This document shows, in pieces, positions 11,201 to 26,200 of a stretch of DNA of 64,000 nt. Origin of the DNA: Paragordius varius (taxonomy: Eukaryota; Animalia; Nematomorpha); the NCBI GenBank assembly GCA_964247055.1, contig OZ176051.1:8556001-8620000 (forward strand), read 5' to 3'. How positions within the stretch are numbered: position 1 is the first letter of the stretch; the number at the start of each line of letters is the position of its first letter. The translations under genes were made by a program, and so were the position numbers. A model generated the notes under the pieces. The model made no database searches. It was given only the letters and a program-made list of their open reading frames with translations, and was not told the origin of the DNA.

Positions 11201-14200
11201 TTAGAAACGGATGAAGGGGATAAGAAGAGGAAACTTTAGAAACGGATGAGGGGGATAAGAAGAAGGAACTTTAGAAACAGATGAAAGGGATAAGAAGATG
11301 GAACTTTAGAAACGGATGAAGGGGATAAGAAGAAGGAACTTTAGAAACGGATGAAAGGGATAAGAAGAAGGAACTTTAGAAGCGGATGAAGGGGATAAGA
11401 AGAAGGAACTTTAGAAACGGATGAAAGGGATAAGAAGAAGGAACTTTAGAAACGGATGAATGGGATAAGAAGAAGGAACTTTAGAAACGGACGAAGAGGA
11501 TAAGAAGAGGAAACCTTAGAAACGGACGAAGAGGATAAGAAGAAGGAACTTTAGAAACGGATGAAGGGGATAAGAAGAAGGAACTTTAGAAACGGACGAA
11601 GAGGATAAGAAGAGGAAACTTTAGAAACGGATGAGGGGGATAAGAAGAAGGAACTTTAGAAACAGATGAAAGGGATAAGAAGATGGAACTTTAGAAACGG
11701 ATGAAGGGGATAAGAAGAAGGAACTTTAGAAACGGACGAAGAGGATAAGAAGAAGAAACTTTTGAAACGGACGAAGAGGATAAGAAGAGGAAACTTTAGA
11801 AACGGATGAAGGGGATAAGAAGAAGGAACTTTAGAAACGGATGAAGGGGATAAGAAGAAGGAACTTTAGAAACGGACGAAGAGGATAAGAAGAAGAAACT
11901 TTTGAAACGGACGAAGAGGATAAGAAGAGGAAACTTTAGAAACGGATGAAGGGGATAAGAAGAAGGAACTTTAGAAACGGATGAAAGGGATAAGAAGAAG
12001 GAACTTTAGAAACGGATGAATGGGATAAGAAGAAGGAACTTTAGAAACGGACGAAGGGGATAAGAAGAAGGAACTTTAGAAACGGATGAAGGGGATAAGA
12101 AGAGGAAACTTTAGAAACGGACGAAGAGGATAAGAAGAAGGAACTTTAGAAACGGATGAAGGGGATAAGAAGAAGGAACTTTAGAAACGGACGAAGGGGA
12201 TAAGAAGAAGGAACTTTGGAAACGGACGAAGAGGATAAGAAGAGGAAACTTTAGAAACGGATGAGAGGGATAAGAAGAAGGAACTTTAGAAACAGATGAA
12301 GGGGATAAGAAGAAGGAACTTTAGAAACGGATGAAAGGGATAAGAAGAAGGAACTTTAGAAACGGATGAATGGGATAAGAAGAAGGAACTTTAGAAACGG
12401 ACGAAGGGGATAAGAAGAAGGAACTTTAGAAACGGATGAAGGGGATAAGAAGTAGGAATTTTAGAAACGGATGAAGGGGATAAGAAGAAGGAACTTTAGA
12501 AACGGACAAAGGGGATAAGAAGAACGAACTTTAGAAACGGATGAATGGGATAAGAAGAAGGAACTTTAGAAACGGACGAAGGGGATAAGAAGAAGGAACT
12601 TTAGAAACGGATGAAGGGGATAAGAAGAAGGAACTTTAGTAACGGACGAAGAGGATAAGAAGAGGAAACTTTAGAAACGGATGAAGGGGATAAGAAGAAG
12701 GAACTTTAGAAACGGATGAAAGGGATAAGAAGAAGGAACTTTAGAAACGGATGAATGGGATAAGAAGAAGGAACTTTAGAAACGGACGAAGGGGATAAGA
12801 AGAAGGAACTTTAGAAACGGATGAAGGGGATAAGAAGTAGGAATTTTAGAAACGGACGAAGAGGATGAGAAGAAGGAACTTTAGAAACGGACGAAGGGGA
12901 TAAGAAGAAGGAACTTTGGAAACGAACGAAGGGGATAAGAAGAAGGAACTTTGGAAACGGACGAAGGGGATAAGAAGAAGGAACTTTGGAAACGGACGAA
13001 GAGGATAAGAAGAGGAAACTTTAGAAACGGATGAGAGGGATAAGAAGAAGGAACTTTAGAAACAGATGAAGGGGATAAGAAGAAGGAACTTTAGAAACGG
13101 ATGAAAGGGATAAGAAGAAGGAACTTTAGAAACGGATGAATGGGATAAGAAGAAGGAACTTTAGAAACGGACGAAGGGGATAAGAAGAAGGAACTTTAGA
13201 AACGGATGAAGGGGATAAGAAGTAGGAATTTTAGAAACGGATGAAGGGGATAAGAAGAAGGAACTTTAGAAACGGACAAAGGGGATAAGAAGAACGAACT
13301 TTAGAAACGGATGAATGGGATAAGAAGAAGGAACTTTAGAAACGGACGAAGGGGATAAGAAGAAGGAACTTTAGAAACGGATGAAGGGGATAAGAAGAAG
13401 GAACTTTAGTAACGGACGAAGAGGATAAGAAGAGGAAACTTTAGAAACGGATGAAGGGGATAAGAAGAAGGAACTTTAGAAACGGATGAAAGGGATAAGA
13501 AGAAGGAACTTTAGAAACGGATGAATGGGATAAGAAGAAGGAACTTTAGAAACGGACGAAGGGGATAAGAAGAAGGAACTTTAGAAACGGATGAAGGGGA
13601 TAAGAAGTAGGAATTTTAGAAACGGACGAAGAGGATGAGAAGAAGGAACTTTAGAAACGGACGAAGGGGATAAGAAGAAGGAACTTTGGAAACGAACGAA
13701 GGGGATAAGAAGAAGGAACTTTGGAAACGAACGAAGGGGATAAGAAGAAGGTTTAAAAACACATGAATAGGATAAGAAGAAGGAACTTTAGAAACGGACG
13801 AAGAGGATAAGAAGAGGAAACTTTAGAAACGGATGAGGGGGATAAGAAGAAGGAACTTTAGAAACAGATGAAAGGGATAAGAAGATGGAAATTTAGAAAC
13901 GGATGAAGGGGATAAGAAGAAGTAACTTTAGAAACGGACGAAGGGGATAAGAAGAAGGAACTTTAGAAACGGACGAAGAGGATAAGAAGAGGAAACTTTA
14001 GAAACGGATGAGAGGGATAAGAAGAAGGAACTTTAGAAACAGATGAAGGGGATAAGAAGAAGGAACTTTAGAAACGGATGAAAGGGATAAGAAGAAGGAA
14101 CTTTAGAAACGGATGAATGGGATAAGAAGAAGGAACTTTAGAAACGGACGAAGGGGATAAGAAGAAGGAACTTTAGAAACGGATGAAGGGGATAAGAAGT

Positions 14201-17200
14201 AGGAATTTTAGAAACGGATGAAGGGGATAAGAAGAAGGAACTTTAGAAACGGACAAAGGGGATAAGAAGAACGAACTTTAGAAACGGATGAATGGGATAA
14301 GAAGAAGGAACTTTAGAAACGGACGAAGGGGATAAGAAGAAGGAACTTTAGAAACGGATGAAGGGGATAAGAAGAAGGAACTTTAGTAACGGACGAAGAG
14401 GATAAGAAGAGGAAACTTTAGAAACGGACGAAGGGGATAAGAAGAAGGAACTTTGGAAACGAACGAAGGGGATAAGAAGAAGGAACTTTGGAAACGAACG
14501 AAGGGGATAAGAAGAAGGTTTAGAAACACATGAATAGGATAAGAAGAAGGAACTTTAGAAACGGACGAAGAGGATAAGAAGAGGAAACTTTAGAAACGGA
14601 TGAGAGGGATAAGAAGAAGGAACTTTAGAAACAGATGAAGGGGATAAGAAGAAGGAACTTTAGAAACGGATGAAAGGGATAAGAAGAAGGAACTTTAGAA
14701 ACGGATGAATGGGATAAGAAGAAGGAACTTTAGAAACGGATGAGAGGGATAAGAAGAAGGAACTTTAGAAACAGATGAAGGGGATAAGAAGTAGGAATTT
14801 TAGAAACGGATGAAGGGGATAAGAAGAAGGAACTTTAGAAACGGACAAAGGGGATAAGAAGAACGAACTTTAGAAACGGATGAATGGGATAAGAAGAAGG
14901 AACTTTAGAAACGGATGAAAGGGATAAGAAGAAGGAACTTTAGAAACGGATGAATGGGATAAGAAGAAGGAACTTTAGAAACGGACGAAGGGGATAAGAA
15001 GAAGGAACTTTAGAAACGGATGAAGGGGATAAGAAGAGGAAACTTTAGAAACGGACGAAGAGGATAAGAAGAAGGAACTTTAGAAACGGATGAAGGGGAT
15101 AAGAAGAAGGAACTTTAGAAACGGACGAAGGGGATAAGAAGAAGGAACTTGGAAACGGACGAAGAGGATAAGAAGAAGGAACTTTAGAAACGGACGAAGG
15201 GGATAAGAAGAAGGAACTTTAGAAACGGATGAAGGGGATAAGAAGTAGGAATTTTAGAAACGGACGAAGAGGATGAGAAGAAGGAACTTTAGAAACGGAC
15301 GAAGGGGATAAGAAGAAGGAACTTTGGAAACGAACGAAGGGGATAAGAAGAAGGAACTTTGGAAACGAACGAAGGGGATAAGAAGAAGGTTTAGAAACAC
15401 ATGAATAGGATAAGAAGAAGGAACTTTAGAAACGGACGAAGAGGATAAGAAGAGGAAACTTTAGAAACGGATGAGGGGGATAAGAAGAAGGAACTTTAGA
15501 AACAGATGAAAGGGATAAGAAGATGGAACTTTAGAAACGGATGAAGGGGATAAGAAGAAGTAACTTTAGAAACGGACGAAGAGGATAAGAAGAAGAAACT
15601 TTAGAAACGGACGAAGAGGATAAGAAGAGGAAACTTTAGAAACGGATGAGGGGGATAAGAAGAAGGAACTTTAGAAACAGATGAAAGGGATAAGAAGATG
15701 GAACTTTAGAAACGGATGAAGGGGATAAGAAGAAAGAACTTTAGAAACGGACGAAGAGGATAAGAAGAAGAAACTTTAGAAACGGACGAAGCGGATAAGA
15801 AGAAGGAACTTTAGAAACGGATGAAAAGGATAAGAAGAAGGAACTTTAGAAGCGGATGAAGGGGATAAGAAGAAGGAACTTTAGAAACGGATGAAAGGGA
15901 TAAGAAGAAGGAACTTTAGAAACGGATGAATGGGATAAGAAGAAGGAACTTTAGAAACGGACGAAGAGGATAAGAAGAGGAAACTTTAGAAACGGATGAA
16001 GGGGATAAGAAGAAGGAACTTTAGAAACGGATGAAAGGGATAAGAAGAAGGAACTTTAGAAACGGATGAATGGGATAAGAAGAAGGAACTTTAGAAACGG
16101 ACGAAGAGGATAAGAAGAAGGAACTTTAGAAACGGATGAAGAGGATAAGAAGAAGGAACTTTAGAAACGGATGAAGGGGATAAGAAGAAGGAACTTTAGA
16201 AACGGACGAAGAGGATAAGAAGATGAAACTTTAGAAACGGATCACGGGGATAAGAAAAAGAAACTTTAGAAACGGATGAAGGGTAGGATAAAAAGAAACT
16301 TTAGAAACGGATAAAGAAGATAAGAAGAAGAAACTTTAGAAACGGATGAAGGGGATAAGAAGAAGAAACTTTAGAAACGGACGAAGGGGAGGATAAAAAG
16401 AAACTTTAGAAACGGATGAAGGGGAGGATAAAAAGAAACTTTAGAAACAGACGAAGGGGATAAGAAGAAGAAACTTTAGAAACGGATGAAGGGGATAAGA
16501 AGAAGGAACTTTAGAAACGGACGAAAGGGAGGATAAAAAGGAACTTTAGAAACGGACAAAGGGGATAAGAAGAAGAAACTTTAGAAACGGATGAAGGGGA
16601 TAAGAAGAAGGAACTTTAGAAACGGACGAAGGGTATAAGAAGAAGGAACTTTAGAAACGGATGAATGGGATAAGAAGAAGAAACTTTAGAAACGGATGAA
16701 GGGGATAAGAAGAAGGAACTTTAGAAACGGACGAAGGGGAGGATAAAAAGGAACTTTAGAAACGGACAAAGGGGATAAGAAGAAGGAACTTTAGAAACGG
16801 ATGAAGGGGATAAGAAGTAGGAATTTTAGAAACGGATGAAGGGGATAAGAAGAAGGAACTTTAGAAACGGACGAAGGGGATAAGAAGAACGAACTTTAGA
16901 AACGGATGAATGGGATAAGAAGAAGGAAATTTAGAAACGTATGAAGGGATAAGAAGAAGGAACTTTAGAAACAGATGAAAGGGATAAGAAGAAGGAACTT
17001 TAGAAACGGATGAATGGGATAAGAAGAAGGAACTTTAGAAACGGACGAAGAGGATAAGAAGAAGAAACTTGAGAAACGCAAGGGGATAAGAAGAATGAAC
17101 TTTAGAAACGGATAAAGGGGATAAGAAGAAGGAATTTAGAAACGGATGAAAGGGATAAGAAGAAGGAATTTTAGAAACGGATGAATGGGATAAGAAGAAG

Positions 17201-20200
17201 GAACTTTAGAAACGGACGAAGAGGATAAGAAGAAGAAACTTTAGAAACGGATGAAGGGGATAAGAAGAAGGAACTTTAGAAACGGACGAAGAGGATAAGA
17301 AGAAGAAACTTTAGAAACGGACGAAGGGGATAAGAAGGAGGAAATTTAGAAACGTATGAAGGGATAAGAAGAAGGAACTTTAGAAACAGATGAAAGGGAT
17401 AAGAAGAAGGAACTTTAGAAACGGATGAATGGGATAAGAAGAAGGAACTTTAGAAACGGACGAAGAGGATAAGAAGAAGAAACTTGAGAAACGCAAGGGG
17501 ATAAGGAGAAGGAACTTTAGAAACGGATGAAGGGGATAAGAAGAAGGAACTTTAGAAACGGATGAAAGGGATAAGAAGAAGGAACTTTAGAAACGGATGA
17601 ATGGGATAAGAAGAAGAAACTTTAGAAACGGATGAAGGGGATAAGAAGAAGGAACTTTAGAAACGGACGAAGGGGAGGATAAAAAGGAACTTTAGAAACG
17701 GACAAAGGGGATAAGAAGAAGGAACTTTAGAAACGGATGAAGGGGATAAGAAGTAGGAATTTTAGAAACGGATGAAGGGGATAAGAAGAGGGAACTTTAG
17801 AAACGGACGAAGGGGATAAGAAGAACGAACTTTAGAAACGGATGAATGGGATAAGAAGAAGGAACTTTAGAAACGGATGAAGGGGATAAGAAGAAGGAAC
17901 TTTCGAAACCGACGAAGAGGATAAGAAGAGGAAACTTTAGAAACGGATGAAGGGGATAAGAAGAAGGAACTTTAGAAACGGATGAATGGGATAAGAAGAA
18001 GGAACTTTAGAAACGGACGAAGGGGATAAGAAGAAGGAACTTTAGAAACGGATGAAGGGGATAAGAAGAAGGAACTTTAGAAACGGACGAAGAGGATAAG
18101 AAGAGGAAACTTTAGAAACGGATGAAGGGGATAAGAAGAAGGAACTTTAGAAACGGACTAAGGGGATAAGAAGAAGGAACTTTAGAAACGGACGAAGGGG
18201 ATAAGAAGAACGAACTTTAGAAACGGATGAATGGGATAAGAAGAAGGAACTTTTGAAACGGACGAAGGGGATAAGAAGAAGGAACTTTAGAAACGGATGA
18301 AGGGGATAAGAAGAAGGAACTTTAGAAACGCACGAAGAGGATAAGAAGAAGAAACTTGAGAAACGCAAGGGGATAAGGAGAAGGAACTTTAGAAACGGAT
18401 GAAGGGGATAAGAAGAAGGAACTTTAGAAACGGATGAAAGGGATAAGAAGAAGGAACTTTAGAAACGGATGAATGGGATAAGAAGAAGAAACTTTAGAAA
18501 CGGATGAAGGGGATAAGAAGAAGGAACTTTAGAAACGGACGAAGGGGAGGATAAAAAGGAACTTTAGAAACGGACAAAGGGGATAAGAAGAAGGAACTTT
18601 AGAAACGGATGAAGGGGATAAGAAGTAGGAATTTTAGAAACGGATGAAGGGGATAAGAAGAGGGAACTTTAGAAACGGACGAATGGGATAAGAAGAAGGA
18701 ACTTTAGAAACGGATGAAGGGGATAAGAAGAAGGAACTTTCGAAACCGACGAAGAGGATAAGAAGAGGAAACTTTAGAAACGGATGAAGGGGATAAGAAG
18801 AAGAAACTTTAGAAACGGATGAAGGGGATAAGAAGAAGGAACTTTAGAAACGGACGAAGAGGATAAGAAGAGGAAACTTTATAAACGGATGAAGGGGATA
18901 AGAAGAAGGAACTTTAGAAACGGACGAAGAGGATAAGAAGAGGAAACTTTAGAAACGGATGAAGGGGATAAGAAGAAGGAACTTTAGAAACGGACGAAGG
19001 GGATAAGAAGAAGGAACTTTAGAAACGGATTAAGGGGATAAGAAGTAGGAATTTTAGAAGCGGACGAAGAGGATAAGAAGAAGAAACTTTAGAAACAGAT
19101 GAAAGGGATAAGAAGAGGAAACTTTAGAAACGGACGAAGGGGATAAGAAGAAGGAACTTTAGAAACGGATGAAGGGGATAAGAAGAAGGAACTTTAGAAA
19201 CGGACGAAGAGGATAAGAAGAGGAAACTTTAGAAACGGATGAAGGGGATAAGAAGAAGGAACTTTAGAAACGGACTAAGGGGATAAGAAGAAGGAACTTT
19301 AGAAACAGATGAAAGGGATAAGAAGAGGGAACTTTAGAAACGGATGAAGGGGATAAGAAGAAGGAACTTTCGAAACCGACGAAGAGGATAAGAAGAGGAA
19401 ACTTTAGAAACGGATGAAGGGGATAAGAAGAAGGAACTTTAGAAACGGATGAATGGGATAAGAAGAAGGAACTTTAGAAACGGACGAAGGGGATAAGAAG
19501 AAGGAACCTTAGAAACGGACGAAGAGGATAAGAAGAAGAAACTTTAGAAATGGACGAAGGAGATAAGAAGACGGAACTTTAGAAATGGATGAATGGGATA
19601 ACAAGTAGGAATTATAGAAACGGAGGAAGGGGATAAGAAGAAGGAACTTTAGAAACGGATGAAGGGGATAAGAAGAAGGAACTTTAGAAACGGACGAAGA
19701 GGATAAGAAGAGGAAACTTTAGAAACGGATGAAGGGGATAAGAAGAAGGAACTTTAGAAACAGATGAAAGGGATAAGAAGAAGGAACTTTAGAAACGGAT
19801 GAAGGGGATAAGAAGAAGAAACTTTAGAAACGGAGGAAGGGGATAAGAAGAAGGAACTTTAGAAACGGACGAAGGGCATAAGAAGAACGAACTTTAGAAA
19901 CGGATGAATGGGATAAGAAGAAGGAACTTTAAAACGGACGAAGGGGATAAGAAGAACGAACTTTACAAACGGATGAATGGGATAAGAAGAAGGAACTTTA
20001 GAAACGGACGAAGGGGATAAGAAGAAGGAACTTTAGAAACGGACGAAGGGGATAAGAAGAAGGAACTTTAGAAACGGATGAAGGGGATAAGAAGAAGGTA
20101 CTTTAGAAACCGACGAAGAGGATAAGAAGAAGGAACTTTAGAAACGGATGAAGGGGATAAGAAGAAGGAACTTTAGAAACGGATGAATGGGATAAGAAGA

Positions 20201-23200
20201 AGGAACTTTAGAAACGGACGAAGGGGATAAGAAGAAGGAACTTTAGAAACGCACGAAGAGGATAAGAAGAAGAAACTTTAGAAACGGATGAAGGGGATAA
20301 GAAGAAGGAACTTTAGAAACGGACAAAGAGGATAAGTAGAAGAAACTTTAGAAACGGATGACGGGGATAAGAAAAAGAAACTTTAGAAACGGATGAAGGG
20401 GAGGATAAAAAGAAACTTTAGAAACAGACGAAGGGGATAAGAAGAAGAAACTTTAGAAACGGATGAAGGGGATAAGAAGAAGGAGCTTTAGAAACGGACG
20501 AAGGGGAGGATAAAAAGCAACTTTAGAAACGGACAAAGGGGATAAGAAGAAGAAACTTTAGAAACGGATGAAGGGGATAAGAAGAAGGAACTTTAGAAAC
20601 GGACGAAGGGTATAAGAAGAAAGAACTTTAGAAACAGATGAAGGGGATAAGAAGAAGGAACTTTAGAAACGGACGAAGAGGATAAGAAGAAGAAACTTTA
20701 GAAACGGACGAAGAGGATAAGAAGAGGAAACTTTAGAAACGGATGAAGGGGATAAGAAGAAGGAACTTTAGAAACGGATGAAAGGGATAAGAAGAAGGAA
20801 CTTTAGAAACGGATGAATGGGATAAGAAGAAGGAACTTTAACGGACGAAGGGGATAAGAAGAAGGAACTTTAGAAAGGGATGAATGGGATAAGAAGAAGG
20901 AACTTTAGAAACGGATGAAGGGGATAAGAAGAAGAAACTTTAGAAACGGAGGAAGGGGATAAGAAGAAGGAACTTTAGAAATGGATGAATGGGATAAGAA
21001 GTAGGAATTATAGAAACGGATGAAGGGGATAAGAAGAAGGAACTTTAGAAACGGACGAAGAGGATAAGAAGAGGAAACCTTAGAAACGGACGAAGAGGAT
21101 AAGAAGAAGGTCCTTTAGAAACGGATGAAGGGGATAAGAAGAAGGAACTTTAGAAACGGATGAAGGGGATAAGAAGAAGGAACTTTAGAAACGGACGAAG
21201 AGGATAAGAAGAGGAAACTTTAGAAACGGATGAGGGGGATAAGAAGAAGGAACTTTAGAAACAGATGAAAGGGATAAGAAGATGGAACTTTAGAAACGGA
21301 TGAAGGGGATAAGAAGAAGGAACTTTAGAAACGGACGAAGAGGATAAGAAGAAGAAACTTTTGAAACGGACGAAGAGGATAAGAAGAGGAAACTTTAGAA
21401 ACGGATGAAGGGGATAAGAAGAAGGAACTTTAGAAACGGATGAAAGGGATAAGAAGAAGGAACTTTAGAAACGGATGAATGGGATAAGAAGAAGGAACTT
21501 TAGAAACGGACGAAGGGGATAAGAAGAAGGAACTTTAGAAACGGATGAAGGGGATAAGAAGAGGAAACTTTAGAAACGGACGAAGAGGATAAGAAGAAGG
21601 AACTTTAGAAACGGATGAAGGGGATAAGAAGAAGGAACTTTAGAAACGGACGAAGGGGATAAGAAGAGAGAACTTTGGAAACGGACGAAGAGGATAAGAA
21701 GAGGAAACTTTAGAAACGGATGAGAGGGATAAGAAGAAGGAACTTTAGAAACAGATGAAGGGGATAAGAAGAAGGAACTTTAGAAACGGATGAAAGGGAT
21801 AAGAAGAAGGAACTTTAGAAACGGATGAATGGGATAAGAAGAAGGAACTTTAGAAACGGACGAAGGGGATAAGAAGAAGGAACTTTAGAAACGGATGAAG
21901 GGGATAAGAAGTAGGAATTTTAGAAACGGATGAAGGGGATAAGAAGAAGGAACTTTAGAAACGGACAAAGGGGATAAGAAGAACGAACTTTAGAAACGGA
22001 TGAATGGGATAAGAAGAAGGAACTTTAGAAACGGACGAAGGGGATAAGAAGAAGGAACTTTAGAAACGGATGAAGGGGATAAGAAGAAGGAACTTTAGTA
22101 ACGGACGAAGAGGATAAGAAGAGGAAACTTTAGAAACGGATGAAGGGGATAAGAAGAAGGAACTTTAGAAACGGATGAAAGGGATAAGAAGAAGGAACTT
22201 TAGAAACGGATGAATGGGATAAGAAGAAGGAACTTTAGAAACGGACGAAGGGGATAAGAAGAAGGAACTTTAGAAACGGATGAAGGGGATAAGAAGTAGG
22301 AATTTTAGAAACGGACGAAGAGGATGAGAAGAAGGAACTTTAGAAACGGACGAAGGGGATAAGAAGAAGGAACTTTGGAAACGAACGAAGGGGATAAGAA
22401 GAAGGAACTTTGGAAACGAACGAAGGGGATAAGAAGAAGGTTTAGAAACACATGAATAGGATAAGAAGAAGGAACTTTAGAAACGGACGAAGAGGATAAG
22501 AAGAGGAAACTTTAGAAACGGATGAGGGGGATAAGAAGAAGGAACTTTAGAAACAGATGAAAGGGATAAGAAGATGGAACTTTAGAAACGGATGAAGGGG
22601 ATAAGAAGAAGTAACTTTAGAAACGGACGAAGAGGATAAGAAGAAGAAACTTTAGAAACGGACGAAGAGGATAAGAAGAGGAAACTTTAGAAACGGATGA
22701 GGGGGATAAGAAGAAGGAACTTTAGAAACAGATGAAAGGGATAAGAAGATGGAACTTTAGAAACGGATGAAGGGGATAAGAAGAAAGAACTTTAGAAACG
22801 GACGAAGAGGATAAGAAGAAGAAACTTTAGAAACGGACGAAGCGGATAAGAAGAAGGAACTTTAGAAACGGATGAAAGGGATAAGAAGAAGGAACTTTAG
22901 AAGCGGATGAAGGGGATAAGAAGAAGGAACTTTAGAAACGGATGAATGGGATAAGAAGAAGGAACTTTAGAAACGGACGAAGAGGATAAGAAGAGGAAAC
23001 TTTAGAAACGGATGAAGAGGATAAGAAGAGGAAACTTTAGAAACGGATGAAGGGGATAAGAAGAAGGAACTTTAGAAACGGATGAAAGGGATAAGAAGAA
23101 GGAACTTTAGAAACGGATGAAGGGGATAAGAAGAAGGAACTTTAGAAATGGATGAATGGGATAAGAAGTAGGAATTATAGAAACGGATGAAGGGGATAAG

Positions 23201-26200
23201 AAGAAAGAACTTTAGAAACGGACGAAGAGGATAAGAAGAGGAAACCTTAGAAACGGACGAAGAGGATAAGAAGAAGGAACTTTAGAAACGGATGAAGGGG
23301 ATAAGAAGAAGGAACTTAAGAAACGGACGAAGAGGATAAGAAGAGGAAACTTTAGAAACGGATGAGGGGGATAAGAAGAAGGAACTTTAGAAACAGATGA
23401 AAAGGATAAGAAGATGGAACTTTAGAAACGGATGAAGGGGATAAGAAGAAGGAACTTTAGAAACGGACGAAGAGGATAAGAAGAAGAAACTTTTGAAACG
23501 GACGAAGAGGATAAGAAGAGGAAACTTTAGAAACGGATGAAGGGGATAAGAAGAAGGAACTTGAGAAACGGATGAAAGGGATAAGAAGAAGGAACTTTAG
23601 AAACGGATGAATGGGATAAGAAGAAGGAACTTTAGAAACGGACGAAGGGGATAAGAAGAAGGAACTTTAGAAACGGATGAAGGGGATAAGAAGAGGAAAC
23701 ATTAGAAACGGACGAAGAGGATAAGAAGAAGGAACTTTAGAAACGGATGAAGGGGATAAGAAGAAGGAACTTTAGAAACGGACGAAGGGGATAAGAAGAA
23801 GGAACTTTGGAAACGGACGAAGAGGATAAGAAGAGGAAACTTTAGAAACGGATGAGAGGGATAAGAAGAAGGAACTTTAGAAACAGATGAAGGGGATAAG
23901 AAGAAGGAACTTTAGAAACGGATGAAAGGGATAAGAAGAAGGAACTTTAGAAACGGATGAATGGGATAAGAAGAAGGAACTTTAGAAACGGACGAAGGGG
24001 ATAAGAAGAAGGAACTTTAGAAACGGATGAAGGGGATAAGAAATAGGAATTTTAGAAACGGATGAAGGGGATAAGAAGAAGGAACTTTAGAAACGGACAA
24101 AGAGGATAAGTAGAAGAAACTTTAGAAACGGATGACGGGGATAAGAAAAAGAAACTTTAGAAACGGATGAAGGGGAGGATAAAAAGAAACTTTAGAAACA
24201 GACGAAGGGGATAAGAAGAAGGAACTTTAGTAACGGACGAAGAGGATAAGAAGAAGGAACTTTGGAAACGGATGAAGGGGATAAGAAGAAGGAACTTTAG
24301 AAACGGATGAAAGGGATAAGAAGAAGGAACTTTAGAAACGGATGAATGGGATAAGAAGAAGGAACTTTAGAAACGGACGAAGGGGATAAGAAGAAGGAAC
24401 TTTAGAAACGGATGAAGGGGATAAGAAGTAGGAATTTTAGAAACGGACGAAGAGGATGAGAAGAAGGAACTTTAGAAACGGACGAAGGGGATAAGAAGAA
24501 GGAACTTTGGAAACGAACGAAGGGGATAAGAAGAAGGAACTTTGGAAACGAACGAAGGGGATAAGAAGAAGGTTTAGAAACACATGAATAGGATAAGAAG
24601 AAGGAACTTTAGAAACGGACGAAGAGGATAAGAAGAGGAAACTTTAGAAACGGATGAGGGGGATAAGAAGAAGGAACTTTAGAAACAGATGAAAGGGATA
24701 AGAAGATGGAACTTTAGAAACGGATGAAGGGGATAAGAAGAAGTAACTTTAGAAACGGACGAAGAGGATAAGAAGAAGAAACTTTAGAAACGGACGAAGA
24801 GGATAAGAAGAGGAAACTTTAGAAACGGATGAGGGGGATAAGAAGAAGGAACTTTAGAAACAGATGAAAGGGATAAGAAGATGGAACTTTAGAAACGGAT
24901 GAAGGGGATAAGAAGAAAGAACTTTAGAAACGGACGAAGAGGATAAGAAGAAGAAACTTTAGAAACGGACGAAGCGGATAAGAAGAAGGAACTTTAGAAA
25001 CGGATGAAAGGGATAAGAAGAAGGAACTTTAGAAGCGGATGAAGGGGATAAGAAGAAGGAACTTTAGAAACGGATGAAAGGGATAAGAAGAAGGAACTTT
25101 AGAAACGGATGAATGGGATAAGAAGAAGGAACTTTAGAAACGGACGAAGAGGATAAGAAGAGGAAACTTTAGAAACGGATGAAGGGGATAAGAAGAAGGA
25201 ACTTTAGAAACGGATGAAAGGGATAAGAAGAAGGAACTTTAGAAACGGATGAAGGGGATAAGAAGAAGGAACTTTAGAAACGGATGAAAGGGATAAGAAG
25301 AAGGAACTTTAGAAACGGATGAATGGGATAAGAAGAAGGAACTTTAGAAACGGATGAAAGGGATAAGAAGAAGGAACTTTAGAAGCGGATGAAGGGGATA
25401 AGAAGAAGGAACTTTAGAAACGGATGAAAGGGATAAGAAGAAGGAACTTTAGAAACGGATGAATGGGATAAGAAGAAGGAACTTTAGAAACGGACGAAGA
25501 GGATAAGAAGAGGAAACTTTAGAAACGGATGAAGGGGATAAGAAGAAGGAACTTTAGAAACGGATGAAAGGGATAAGAAGAAGGAACTTTAGAAACGGAT
25601 GAAGGGGATAAGAAGAAGGAACTTTAGAAACGGATGAAAGGGATAAGAAGAAGGAACTTTAGAAACGGATGAATGGGATAAGAAGAAGGAACTTTAGAAA
25701 CGGACGAAGAGGATAAGAAGAAGGAACTTTAGAAACGGATGAAGAGGATAAGAAGAAGGAACTTTAGAAACGGATGAAGGGGATAAGAAGAAGGAACTTT
25801 AGAAACGGACGAAGAGGATAAGAAGATGAAACTTTAGAAACGGATCACGGGGATAAGAAAAAGAAACTTTAGAAACGGACGAAAGGGATAAGAAGAAGAA
25901 ACTTTAGAAACGGACGAAGGGGAGGATAAAAAGAAACTTTAGAAACGGATGAAGGGGATAAGTAGAAGAAACTTTAGAAACGGATGAGGGGGATAATAAG
26001 AAGGAATTTTAGAAACGGACGAAGGGGAGGATAAAAAGGAACTTTAGAAACGGACAAAGGGGATAAGAAGAAGAAACTTTAGAAACGGATGAAGGGGTTA
26101 AGAAGAAGGAACTTTAGAAACGGACGAAGGGGATGAGAAGAAAGAACTTTAGAAACAGATGAAGGGGATAAGAAGAAGAAACTTTAGAAACGGATGAAGG